Below, piece after piece: positions 24,477 through 34,353 of a stretch of 64,000 nucleotides of DNA. The stretch lies in the NCBI GenBank assembly GCA_937129385.1, contig CAKZNC010000197.1, positions 10,397-74,396 of the forward strand. Reading direction: 5' to 3'. Made by a program: the position numbers and the translations under genes. This stretch comes from an uncultured Bacteroidota bacterium (GTDB lineage: Bacteria; Bacteroidota; Bacteroidia; Bacteroidales; GCA-2748055). The notes under the pieces were generated by a model. It was given only the letters and a program-made list of their open reading frames with translations, was not told the DNA's origin and ran no database searches. Within the stretch, counting starts at the first letter, position 1, and each line of letters opens with the position of its first letter.

Positions 24477-25712
24477 CTAAAAATGTATTAGCAGACCTGT
24501 AGTAGCTTTGAGTTCATCAATCTTTGATCCATGGATATTCCGGATCATTTCATACCCACCTTCAGCGAAAACACCTATCCAATCAGTCAAAATAATCTCT
24601 GCCCCGATGCTCAGATCAACATTGAATCCTCCGCGAAGAAATGGTTGCTCAGGATACTGTACAGGTTCAGAGGTTCCCAGGTCAGCACTGAAAACCCGAG
24701 CAAATTGAGCATGTTGATTACTTAACCGGTTTATGGATATATCGGTGGCTGCGTAGAAATTTAATTTAGTGCTTTTGAACACCGAATAAGAAGCACCCAA
24801 CCCAACTGCAATGGACCGTGCAGATTCAGATATTTCCCAGTCAAATAATTCAAATGATTCAGTAAAACTAAAGCTATAATCAGTAATTCTGACACGTAGC
24901 CGGGCGGCGATTCTCTCCTTTGTTTGGGGTATTATTGCCCTGACCTGAACTCCATACTCTGTTGCCATGCCTGAATTATATCTTACATATCGGTCCACTG
25001 CCCCATAATGTATCCCATAGTAGGATGGCAAAGAAAAACTTACCAGGGGGCCAACAGAAAATTTTACCGACTCACGCTTCTTGAGATAAACGATGCATGA
25101 TTCATCCGGACAAGTGGCCCGATGGTATTCCTTGGTGAGTTTCACCAGGGACCTGCTGTCGAAATTGGTCCTGTCGACCTTGCTGACAATATCCCACTGA
25201 TCGGAGAAAGCATATTTCAATACTCCGGTGTACTCCTTATTCTCCTTCACCTTCATCACATTGCCTCCACCATCTGTCTGCACATATACCGTATCCAAAT
25301 TATTTTTAAGCTCCAACAGTGATTCCCCTTTCCTCAAATAGTATCGATTTGTCTGGTCATTCTCGCGAACAAGGTAAAGATCCACTTCTTTACCTTCCAA
25401 CAGGTATTGCGCAAATATGATTTCATCACCTGAGGGAATCACCCGGTTAAGGCTCACATAATACTGGTCTTCAGAGATTTTGTAACCTGCAATCTCTCCT
25501 GGACTGTACCTGATGGTTCGGCCCTGCAATGAATCCCTGAATATGCAGACTTCAGAACTTTCTGAATAGGAGGTGTTTTTAATTTGACCGGCCAGCGTAT
25601 CATTTTCCAGGGTAATGACGTATCCCGGCTTAAAAGCTTGCTGTCCAAACGAAACCGAGGATATACAAAAAATGATTAAGGCGAGTGAAATAGCTCTTCC
25701 AATTGTAGTCAT
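24477..25712 (-). CDS. secreted hypothetical protein with an OMP-like C-terminal half (paralogue A)
   Basis: Has a signal peptide plus FKPGYVIT.., PGEIAGYKI and TCPDESCIVY. Ends in LLIHF. Confidence 0.5.
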   Translation of the reverse strand: MTTIGRAISLALIIFCISSVSFGQQAFKPGYVITLENDTLAGQIKNTSYSESSEVCIFRDSLQGRTIRYSPGEIAGYKISEDQYYVSLNRVIPSGDEIIFAQYLLEGKEVDLYLVRENDQTNRYYLRKGESLLELKNNLDTVYVQTDGGGNVMKVKENKEYTGVLKYAFSDQWDIVSKVDRTNFDSRSLVKLTKEYHRATCPDESCIVYLKKRESVKFSVGPLVSFSLPSYYGIHYGAVDRYVRYNSGMATEYGVQVRAIIPQTKERIAARLRVRITDYSFSFTESFELFDWEISESARSIAVGLGASYSVFKSTKLNFYAATDISINRLSNQHAQFARVFSADLGTSEPVQYPEQPFLRGGFNVDLSIGAEIILTDWIGVFAEGGYEMIRNIHGSKIDELKATTGLLIHF

Positions 25713-25749
25713 TGTTGGGTTGAATTTGGTTATATGAAAATAGGAAAAA

Positions 25750-28677
25750 CTAATTAAAGAGATCCATGATCTCCTCTTTTTTCATATTTCGAAGTGGGTT
25801 ATTTGAGGTTACGAATGTCTTGGCCAGTTCAGATTTTCGCTCCTGTAGCCGCTGGATCTTCTCTTCCACAGTACTGTTCGAGATGAAGCGATAGACAAAT
25901 ACATTTTTATCCTGACCGATCCTGTGTGCACGGTTCAGGGCCTGCATCTCTGCAGCCGGGTTCCACCAGGGATCCAGGATAAATACATATTCTGCTGCAG
26001 TCAGGTTCAACCCCACCCCACCGGCTTTCAGGGAGATCAGGAATATCCGGCATTCAGGGTCCTCCTGGAACATCTCTACCTGTGCCGCCCTGTTGGTTGT
26101 CGACCCGGTAAGCTTTGCATATTTCCATCCAAGCTCATCAAGCTGATTTGCATAGAGATTGAGATGCTTGACAAAGGAGGAGAATACAAGCACCTTGTGA
26201 CCTTCCATCACCACACTCTCCATATTCCGGAATACCTCCTCGTATTTTCCAGAGCCATATTCATAATCCTCCTCAACCATGGCAGGATGATTGGAGAGCT
26301 GTCGCAGGCGCGTAAGCGCTTTCAGTACCATCATCGTTGATTTCTCCAAACCGATCTCCTCAAGATTTTCCAGCAAGGAATTCCGCACCGTTGATTTTTC
26401 CTCCTCGTATAGCCGTTCCTGCTCTTCGGTCATATCACAGAAACGGTACTGTTCATACAGGGGAGGAAGTTCCTTTGCAACCTCCTGTTTTGTGCGACGA
26501 AGTATAAAAGGATTGATCAGCTCCTTCAATCTTTGTTCCTGCTCCTTGTTCTTCTTTTTCTCGATGGTCTTAACAAATTGCTTTTTGAAAAAATTCAGAC
26601 TTCCGAGCAACCCCTCATTTACAAAATTGATCTGTGACCACAGGTCGGTAAGTGAGTTTTCAATAGGAGTACCCGTTACCACCAACTTATGTCTCGCCTG
26701 TAATTCCGTCATTGCCCGGTACAACTTGGAATGGGGGTTTTTGATCATCTGGCTCTCATCCAGGATGACATATAGAAATTCATAATCACGAAAAAATTCT
26801 ATGTCCTGGCGGACGGTATGGTAACTTGAGATGATCAGGTCGTAATAACGGAAATCTGATGTGTCTCTCTTCCGGCTGATCCCTGCATGTACCATGGCAC
26901 GCATGGAGGGAGCAAACCGCATGATCTCATTTTCCCAGTTCTGAAGGATCGATGCCGGAACAACGACAAGAGAAGTAGGTGTTTGAACATCACTGTTGAA
27001 CAGCGACAATTGCCCCTTCTCAGGAGTATCTTCATTGGTGACTGCCACGCGCTGTTCCTTGTTAAGCTGCAGAACCGCAATCGCCTGCAGTGTCTTTCCC
27101 AGTCCCATGTCATCTGCAAGACATCCTCCAAAACCGTTTTCCTGGAGAAACCACATCCAGGCAAATCCTTCCTCCTGGTAATTTCTCAAAGTTACCTTCA
27201 ATCCCCTGGGTGGTTTTATCTCAGGCAATCCATCCATCCTGTTCAGCTTTTCAAGATGATCGATGGTGGATGCATGTTTCTTCCGCAAAGCTTCGTCAAC
27301 TTGTGAAAAGTGTTGTTTATGTATCCTCAGTTTATCCCCTTCTACTTTTCCAAACTCGAAAACCGACCTGTACCTGGTAAACCACTCTGCAGGGATCACG
27401 GCATAGGTTTTATCAGGTAACCTGAACAAACGTTCATCGTTCAGTATATGATCCCTGAGTGCAATAAATGGAAAAGTGAATTCACCGAATCTTACAATTG
27501 CAGCCAGGTCAAACCAGTCCTCCTTTTCACTGGACTTCACATCCAGGTCCACCCTTTTGATATAATACTCCCTGTCCAGTTTCTGCGCCAGTATAAAGCC
27601 CGATTCCGCCAGGAAATCATAGTGATCATTCGTAAACTTAACTGCCTCATATACTTTGTCATGTATACTCTCACCTGACCATTTTCTTAAATAATATAGA
27701 TTTCGGTCCCTGCTCTTTAACCCGACCTCATCCAGGGCGACTTCAAGTGCTTCTTCCCATTGTTGATCCCTGGCGAATCTTTCAAAGCTGAATTGGTCAT
27801 TATGATCACTGAAGTTGACAAACCGTTTCTGACCGGAACCGGGCTGAATGTTATAATTGTTATACCTGAGACGAACTACCCAGACCGGCTCCTGGTTGAT
27901 TCCCTGCTCAAGGGTCAATGTAGCAGACTTTTCAGGTACGATATCATGAACTTCAAATCCTTCCGTCTCTACTGAATCATGTTCTTTCAGGGTGTTGGCA
28001 ATAAATGTCCTGTAATACTTCGCTTCAAAAGACTGTTGTACAGAAATATGTGATTTTGAAAAGAAGGGGGTGAGTTTCACTCCATCAATGTCATCTAAAA
28101 AATAAACCTCTTTGTCAAGCAGAATGGAAGCCGGTGAATTACTGATCACTTCAGCCCGCTCATGAATCAGATCCACAGGTCCGTTCGCCCTGAGGATGGA
28201 AAGTTTATATAAGGTATTCTCCGGGGTCCTCCGGAATTGAAAATAGGGCCTGGCATGCCGCTTGTGCAGGGTCAGGAAATCATCCGCGAATATATTTTGC
28301 CTCGATTTCTCCTTAAAGAACAGGTGAAATCCATTCTCAGCAGCAATCAAAAGGACGGCATGCAATCGCTTTTCTATATAAGGTCGTACATGCTTCTTTA
28401 CTATCTCCTTATCGATGGTATCCATGAATTCCTTGACCGTCTTCTTTTTGGAAAAAAGTTTGTGCAGTTGCTGGTCGTTGTATTCATCGATCAGGCTCAC
28501 CACCTTCTTTTGCATGGGGGTGAGCCGCCTGAAAGAGAGAGAGTCTTCGTTTTTCAGGAGAATTTCCCCGGTGACAAAATAGAGCGATTGCTCATCCTTC
28601 TCCAGCAGTTGCGGAATCAGAATGTTCCCCCATAATCGGTGGGGAATGTATCCTAGTGCAAAAAAATATTTTTTCAT
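25750..28677 (-). CDS. SNF2/RapA-like superfamily-2 helicase/ATPase
   Basis: LADDMGLGKTLQAI (motif I), ILDESQMIKN (motif II) and GGVGLNLTAAEYVFILDPWWNPAAEMQALNRAHRIGQ (motifs V-VI). The N-terminal region of about 480 aa is uncharacterised. Confidence 0.85.
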   Translation of the reverse strand: MKKYFFALGYIPHRLWGNILIPQLLEKDEQSLYFVTGEILLKNEDSLSFRRLTPMQKKVVSLIDEYNDQQLHKLFSKKKTVKEFMDTIDKEIVKKHVRPYIEKRLHAVLLIAAENGFHLFFKEKSRQNIFADDFLTLHKRHARPYFQFRRTPENTLYKLSILRANGPVDLIHERAEVISNSPASILLDKEVYFLDDIDGVKLTPFFSKSHISVQQSFEAKYYRTFIANTLKEHDSVETEGFEVHDIVPEKSATLTLEQGINQEPVWVVRLRYNNYNIQPGSGQKRFVNFSDHNDQFSFERFARDQQWEEALEVALDEVGLKSRDRNLYYLRKWSGESIHDKVYEAVKFTNDHYDFLAESGFILAQKLDREYYIKRVDLDVKSSEKEDWFDLAAIVRFGEFTFPFIALRDHILNDERLFRLPDKTYAVIPAEWFTRYRSVFEFGKVEGDKLRIHKQHFSQVDEALRKKHASTIDHLEKLNRMDGLPEIKPPRGLKVTLRNYQEEGFAWMWFLQENGFGGCLADDMGLGKTLQAIAVLQLNKEQRVAVTNEDTPEKGQLSLFNSDVQTPTSLVVVPASILQNWENEIMRFAPSMRAMVHAGISRKRDTSDFRYYDLIISSYHTVRQDIEFFRDYEFLYVILDESQMIKNPHSKLYRAMTELQARHKLVVTGTPIENSLTDLWSQINFVNEGLLGSLNFFKKQFVKTIEKKKNKEQEQRLKELINPFILRRTKQEVAKELPPLYEQYRFCDMTEEQERLYEEEKSTVRNSLLENLEEIGLEKSTMMVLKALTRLRQLSNHPAMVEEDYEYGSGKYEEVFRNMESVVMEGHKVLVFSSFVKHLNLYANQLDELGWKYAKLTGSTTNRAAQVEMFQEDPECRIFLISLKAGGVGLNLTAAEYVFILDPWWNPAAEMQALNRAHRIGQDKNVFVYRFISNSTVEEKIQRLQERKSELAKTFVTSNNPLRNMKKEEIMDLFN

Positions 28678-28828
28678 CCTGGGAATCGCCTCACATTAAG
28701 ACAAACTACAAGTTTGGCAAATCCCGGCCATATTTCAAAACAATGTTTATAAATTCTTCAGAGGATCACCTGGCTCAAGCATGGTATGCTTTTTGTTTTT
28801 TACATCATTACAACCAAAACCCTGCATC

Positions 28829-29485
28829 ATGAAAAAAATATATATACTCCTGCTGCTCATTCCGCTTCTGGTCTGTTCCTGCGGAAGCAGCAACAAAATC
28901 TTTATAACCCAGGATAATTTCAAGGAAAGAACCACGGTAAAACTAAGTCATTCACTTAAAGGTTATTCCGACGAAAGAAGAAGGGGACATCACGGTCTGC
29001 CTGATTACTATGTAAGTTTCAAATATATCTGCATTGAAAACCATTCTTCATTAGCTGAGGATACTGTTGAGATGGATGTTACGTTGAGAACACGGGTGCG
29101 CCCCTATGAGGTGGAACCTGTTATCTATATATGCTATGGAGATCATATGACGGAAATTCCAGCCCTGGAAAATATAAATAAGATGTACCAGAAGGGAAGC
29201 AGCTCGAGCTCATCTTCAACCAGTACTACAACGGAAGAGGATCCGGATGATGAAGATGCTGAAATAACGAGCTCAACAACCACATATACGACCAGCAGCA
29301 GTCATAACACATACCAGCTGATGCATCTGCGTTTTTCGATGGATAAGCAGTTTCTTAAACAGATGGCTGCTGCAAGGGAGATCATCTATAGGGTATACAT
29401 TGATAATGAGATTGTCGATATGCCGCTTAGAAGAAAGGACCGGCGAAAGTTCAATGCCTGGGTGAGGGCCATCAGTGAGATCTGA
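28829..29485 (+). CDS. lipoprotein with a Ser/Thr/acidic low-complexity linker
   Basis: The ATG at 28829 gives the lipobox MKKIYILLLLIPLLVCSCGSS. The linker reads SSSSSSSTSTTTEEDPDDEDAEITSSTTTYTTSSS. Confidence 0.5.
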   Translation: MKKIYILLLLIPLLVCSCGSSNKIFITQDNFKERTTVKLSHSLKGYSDERRRGHHGLPDYYVSFKYICIENHSSLAEDTVEMDVTLRTRVRPYEVEPVIYICYGDHMTEIPALENINKMYQKGSSSSSSSTSTTTEEDPDDEDAEITSSTTTYTTSSSHNTYQLMHLRFSMDKQFLKQMAAAREIIYRVYIDNEIVDMPLRRKDRRKFNAWVRAISEI

Positions 29486-29499
29486 TACATTGATCCGAA

Positions 29500-32400
29500 T
29501 CACCTGAGTTGATACTGATCCCTCCTGTCCTTACGTTTCACCTCGGTTTCGCCATCCTTGCTGTAAATGGTGACCGGCATGAATTTCTGTGCCTCCATCT
29601 CCCGGACCTGCTCATCTTTCGATTCCTTTGGTCCTGTAAGAAGGTTCCACACGGTTTCCTTCACAAGGTCCCAGGGGACCCTGGCAAGGTATAAAAAATC
29701 GCCATCCAGGTATTGTGTTCCCTCAAGCAGAATAACTCCGAGTGTGGATTCAATCTTCATCAAAGGAACATCAATCTTACCGTCTGACAGGATAAATCCA
29801 CGTGGATTTGACAACTTACCAAACTTCAGGTTGGTCAGTTCTTTTTTTCCTGTAAATCTTGAAAGCTCCTTGAGGGGTGCGAAATTCTTTACCCGCCCAT
29901 CTTCCAGCGTAATGTAAAACATCGCTGTACTCAAATCAATATTCAGTGAAAGATCTGGATTGATAAAAAACTCAGCCAGTCCCTTCGCACTGAGGATACC
30001 ATTGAAATTCTCTTCCAGTGAATAAACCGAATCCCCGATGGTGATTGGCAGGTCAAAGTCACGCACATTTACCGTGTCAATTTCAAGATTCGCGCTTAAA
30101 ATATAATGTTCAGGATCAATAAGGTTGAATTGCCCATCCAGGCTAAAAATACCGCCGGTTTCTGACCTTACAGAAAATTTGTCGAAATAAACAACCTTAG
30201 ATGGTTTGAGTTGGACCAACCCTTTCATTTTCTGCATGCTGTTCCCTTTAATTCTCAGTTCCCTGATATCAAGGTTCAGATCCAGGTCAGGGAATTTTAT
30301 CTCATCCAGGTCCAGGGAACCTTGGGATGTTTCGTTGTCCTGGTCGGTAGTATTGTCTGCTTGAGTGGTGTCAGCAGAAGGTGTGCCTGATGTTTGATAT
30401 GCTGCAAGCCTGTCGATATCCAGCAGATCAGACCTGACCGAAAGTTCACCGTGCCGCCTATCAATTGAATCAAACAGATGGTAGATCCTGGAACTGATTT
30501 CAAGATTGCTCTCTCCCACACGGCCCGACAGGTTTCTCACATGTAACAAACTATCTGACTTTTCGATGTCGAAGGTAAATGCTGTAAACGGATCCGGGTA
30601 GTTCTTCAGCTTCCATCTTAACTCTTCGGAATGTATATTTATATTCGGTAATCCACTATAATTTAACATATCCGAAACTGTTGTCTCAATATTTACTTTA
30701 AATAACAGATCCTGAACTTCCTCGTTGGCAAATTGTGTATTCTCACCCTCAGGTTCATCTTCCGGCTGCAGCAAATCACTCGCCCTTAGTCTGTCTGATT
30801 CGACCTTTAGACGGGCATATAGCCGCGCAGTACTGTCTTTTTGAAGAAATGCATTGTAATTTCCGACCTCCCCGTCAATATCAAAGTCACTCTCCCCGAT
30901 TTTTCCCCTGAACCTGGAAAAATTAATCACTGAATCATTGGTGTTTAACATGCCCTTGACCCTGCTAAAGGGAGGTAATCCTGGAATATCGGCCTGGAAA
31001 TTCTGCAGGGCAATGCGCAGGTCAGGTATTTGGGCATCTTCCCCCAATAGTTTCTTAAAGTCACCTGCCCCGGTGGTGATATCCACCCTGAATCCGAGAT
31101 CAGTAACTGGTCCCTGGAAAATAGTATCTCCAAGAATTCTCTCAAGGTACAGGGTTTCAGATTCCAGCTCCACCGTCGCACCTGGTACGACTGCGAAATC
31201 CATCAGGTAGGGAAGGAAATTCTCAAGCTGAAAATCCACCTGAAGGTTGTTGTTGTCCAGCTGCATCTCAACATCCCTGACCCCGGTATATTTCTCTTCT
31301 AAATAAAGCTCCCCGTTGAGATCAGCTATTTCATTTTCAGGAAGTGAAAGGGAGACCCCCTTCATAAATACAGAAAGTGCGCCTGCATCTTCAAGAAATT
31401 TGCCGGAAGATTTGTCAATCACCCCGTCAATTCCACCTGCGAAACGCAGATCCCCCTTCATTTTTCTGATCTGCTTTGTGTCGATGATCTCATTGATCAG
31501 GGAAAGATCGGCATCTCCGTCCCATTCCAAACTGACGGAAGGATTGACAAAGTTCTCCAGCGCGAGATTTGCATCAATAGACCCCGTTGGAAATCTTACC
31601 TGGAAGTCCTGCAACTCCATGGCAGCCTCCGACAAGTCTGCTTTTGTACCATTCGTAAAGCTCCCCCTGAACCTGATGTCCGAAACAGACTGCCCTACCG
31701 AATGGATCCTGAATCCAACGTCCTGGGCATTTACATCCACCCGGACCACGGGAATATTGTCCTTGAACGACCCCATTGCTGTGCCCTCCAATGTAATTAT
31801 TCCTTCACCGGTTTGTTCAATGGCATCCATATCGAGTACCCCGCTTAGAAGAAAATTAAGCAAGTCTATTCCTGTATTGCGGGCAGTGAAACCCACATTG
31901 ATCATTTGCTCCCGCACATCGATTTCTCCATTCATCTCAAAAATCGCATCCGCAATATCCAACATGCTCTGCTCAAGGAGTACCATCTGGGTAACCCTGT
32001 CATAATGTAAAGAACTGCCGAATGATACAGATCGCGGTCTGTCCAGTTTTACACCCTTGAGATGCACATTACTCAATTCCGTTTGTAGCATCACTTCCAC
32101 GATAATCTGTTCCGGATAATAGGAGAAAGCACTTTCGAAACCATTCAAGTGCAGCCCCACGGAATCCCCCGTGGTCATATCGGAATAATGTATTGCAAGA
32201 TTCCTGATCTCCAGGCTTTCCAGATCGAGATAGATCTGTGATGTATCGCGGGTATCCTGATCAGTCTCTTCAATGTTGTCCAGCCCGAGGGCTTTTTCAA
32301 TATTCGAAATGGAATCTGCACCAACAATGTAATTCATCTGACCTTCGCCCAGCCTTATCTTTGAGACCTCATATCTTCCGCGGATCAGCTGCACCACGTC

Positions 32401-32706
32401 AAGTGATAAAAACACATTATCGATCTGCAGAATTGGTGCCGCATCATTTTCCCGGGTAGAATTGGCTTCAAGGTAGGTCACTTCCCTGAACCTAAGCGAT
32501 ATGTTTGGAAAATTCAGGAAAGGCCGCAAGTTCAGCCTTTCAATGGATATTTCACCTGCCTGCTGTTCATTGATGATCTGCAGCGCTTTATCCGTGATGG
32601 AACCCCTGAAAATCTGAAATACAATTACCAGTATAGCGATCAGTGAAAAAAAACCGATCAACAGTCTTATGATCCATCGTCCTATCCCCCGGAGCAGTTT
32701 TTTCAT
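29500..32706 (-). CDS. AsmA/TamB-like large envelope protein
   Basis: A single N-terminal TM anchor precedes more than 1000 aa of beta-rich repetitive sequence. This is an architecture-level call only. Confidence 0.5.
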   Translation of the reverse strand: MKKLLRGIGRWIIRLLIGFFSLIAILVIVFQIFRGSITDKALQIINEQQAGEISIERLNLRPFLNFPNISLRFREVTYLEANSTRENDAAPILQIDNVFLSLDVVQLIRGRYEVSKIRLGEGQMNYIVGADSISNIEKALGLDNIEETDQDTRDTSQIYLDLESLEIRNLAIHYSDMTTGDSVGLHLNGFESAFSYYPEQIIVEVMLQTELSNVHLKGVKLDRPRSVSFGSSLHYDRVTQMVLLEQSMLDIADAIFEMNGEIDVREQMINVGFTARNTGIDLLNFLLSGVLDMDAIEQTGEGIITLEGTAMGSFKDNIPVVRVDVNAQDVGFRIHSVGQSVSDIRFRGSFTNGTKADLSEAAMELQDFQVRFPTGSIDANLALENFVNPSVSLEWDGDADLSLINEIIDTKQIRKMKGDLRFAGGIDGVIDKSSGKFLEDAGALSVFMKGVSLSLPENEIADLNGELYLEEKYTGVRDVEMQLDNNNLQVDFQLENFLPYLMDFAVVPGATVELESETLYLERILGDTIFQGPVTDLGFRVDITTGAGDFKKLLGEDAQIPDLRIALQNFQADIPGLPPFSRVKGMLNTNDSVINFSRFRGKIGESDFDIDGEVGNYNAFLQKDSTARLYARLKVESDRLRASDLLQPEDEPEGENTQFANEEVQDLLFKVNIETTVSDMLNYSGLPNINIHSEELRWKLKNYPDPFTAFTFDIEKSDSLLHVRNLSGRVGESNLEISSRIYHLFDSIDRRHGELSVRSDLLDIDRLAAYQTSGTPSADTTQADNTTDQDNETSQGSLDLDEIKFPDLDLNLDIRELRIKGNSMQKMKGLVQLKPSKVVYFDKFSVRSETGGIFSLDGQFNLIDPEHYILSANLEIDTVNVRDFDLPITIGDSVYSLEENFNGILSAKGLAEFFINPDLSLNIDLSTAMFYITLEDGRVKNFAPLKELSRFTGKKELTNLKFGKLSNPRGFILSDGKIDVPLMKIESTLGVILLEGTQYLDGDFLYLARVPWDLVKETVWNLLTGPKESKDEQVREMEAQKFMPVTIYSKDGETEVKRKDRRDQYQLR

Positions 32707-32901
32707 AGTAATAAAACTCTTCTGTGAAGCAGATGTTTAAATTTCGCTCAAAACTGACAATTCCAATGCCAAATTCGGAATTTTTATTGACAACCTCTTA
32801 AGTATTATTTCAACAGTCATAGAATTCCCTTGCTGCCATATTCATTGTCGCACACGATAAAATAATAATGCAGATTCATTACATTGCAAAAAACTCCTGC
32901 A

Positions 32902-33981
32902 ATGAAAAAAAACCTGATCCTGTTCCTGTTGCTGTCTGTATACACACAGGCAGTCCCTCAGCGCAACATCATCAATGTTCCCGATATTCCCGGGTATAGA
33001 ACGATGGTATGTGATTTTCACCAGCACACCGTATTTTCTGATGGTACCGTATGGCCCACCGTGAGGGTTGATGAAGCAATCCGTGAAGGACTCGATGCCA
33101 TTGCCATCACGGATCATCTTGAATATCGTCCGCATGAGAGCGACATGGCTGCCGATCGAAACCGCTCCTGGCAGATCGCAAAAGAATATGCGGCAGACAG
33201 GGGCCTGATCGTCATCGCAGGGACCGAGATTACAAAAGAGATGCCTCCCGGACATTTCAATGCACTGTTTATACATGATGCCGAACACATCCTCAACAAA
33301 GACTTCAGGCAGGCATTGAAAACTGCAGCAGACCAGGGTGCGTTTATCATGTGGAACCATCCCGGCTGGAAAGTGCAGCAACCAGACTCCACTGTATGGT
33401 GGGATGAACACACCTACATATTCAACCAGGGATGGATGCACGGAATTGAAGTGATCAACGGCCCGGAAGTATCGCCGGAGGCGATCTCCTGGGCAAATGA
33501 AAAGAGCCTGGCTATGATCGGAAATACTGATCAGCACGGCCCATTTATGTTCGAGGAATTTGATCCGGATGATCACAGGACCTCCACACTCGTATTTGTT
33601 GCGGAAAAATCAGAAGGAGGAATCAGGGAAGCCCTCTTTAACGGACGTACGGCCTGCTGGTACAAGCATGGTGTCATCGGTAAAGCGCCTGTTATCAGGG
33701 CGCTTTTCCTTGCCTCTGTCACGATCAGGCCCCTTGATGCCGAAAACGGACGGTATCTCTTTTACAATCCAACTGATCTTGATCTCAGGATCACGCTTTC
33801 CAACACTGTATATGAAGACTGGTCAAAGGAGTTAAAGCTCTCCCCAGGGAGCAAGACCAGTTTTAAAATTCCACCTGGAGCGTCCGTGGAACAGATCGGG
33901 GTCAGGGTGAACAATATGTTCAGTGGCGTTGATAAGCCCCTTGAAGTTCCTTTATCAATGATTCAACCTGTTCATCAATAA
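32902..33981 (+). CDS. secreted PHP-domain phosphoesterase (Sb-PDE-like)
   Basis: Signal peptide, then CDFHQHTVFSDG and AIAITDHLEYRP, which are PHP His/Asp metal-site motifs. Confidence 0.6.
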   Translation: MKKNLILFLLLSVYTQAVPQRNIINVPDIPGYRTMVCDFHQHTVFSDGTVWPTVRVDEAIREGLDAIAITDHLEYRPHESDMAADRNRSWQIAKEYAADRGLIVIAGTEITKEMPPGHFNALFIHDAEHILNKDFRQALKTAADQGAFIMWNHPGWKVQQPDSTVWWDEHTYIFNQGWMHGIEVINGPEVSPEAISWANEKSLAMIGNTDQHGPFMFEEFDPDDHRTSTLVFVAEKSEGGIREALFNGRTACWYKHGVIGKAPVIRALFLASVTIRPLDAENGRYLFYNPTDLDLRITLSNTVYEDWSKELKLSPGSKTSFKIPPGASVEQIGVRVNNMFSGVDKPLEVPLSMIQPVHQ

Positions 33982-34083
33982 TCGATTGAAAATCGATGAA
34001 AAATAAGTAATTTAGCAACAGTTGCAACCATCTTATGATGCAAAGGGTTATATTACCAGTACCCAAATCTCAAATATACTGAT

Positions 34084-34314
34084 ATGAAAAGAAAAATACT
34101 CCGCTCATTTGTAGGACTCGTGGTACTTGCTGCTTTCACACTCCCTTCCTGCGAATTCCTGGAAGATTGCGCTACTTGTGAATCAGTGACTGATGATGGA
34201 TCAGGTAATTATACATATGGTACTCCTTTGATATTTTGTGGAGAAACGTTGGAAGAAAAGAGAAATGAGGTTGTTGAAGTTGGTAGCACAACTACTTATT
34301 GGAGCTGTAATTGA
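34084..34314 (+). CDS. small Cys-rich lipoprotein
   Basis: Lipobox LPSC plus 4 further Cys in 76 aa. Confidence 0.4.
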   Translation: MKRKILRSFVGLVVLAAFTLPSCEFLEDCATCESVTDDGSGNYTYGTPLIFCGETLEEKRNEVVEVGSTTTYWSCN

Positions 34315-34353
34315 TAAAGGACTTCGTTACTTCTTCTCGAAATCATCTCAGGC

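Noticed and set aside
32842-33576. A 244-aa ORF antisense to the PHP phosphoesterase gene. Similar long antisense ORFs occur at 58992-59867 (opposite proA), 61053-61784 (opposite argH), 43549-44205 (opposite atpD), 31316-32005 (opposite the AsmA-like gene), 2210-2839 and 60062-60622.
   Set aside because: Each lies wholly inside a well-supported conserved gene on the other strand. Each has low-complexity or Arg/Ser/Pro-rich composition typical of shadow ORFs and contains no recognisable motif.
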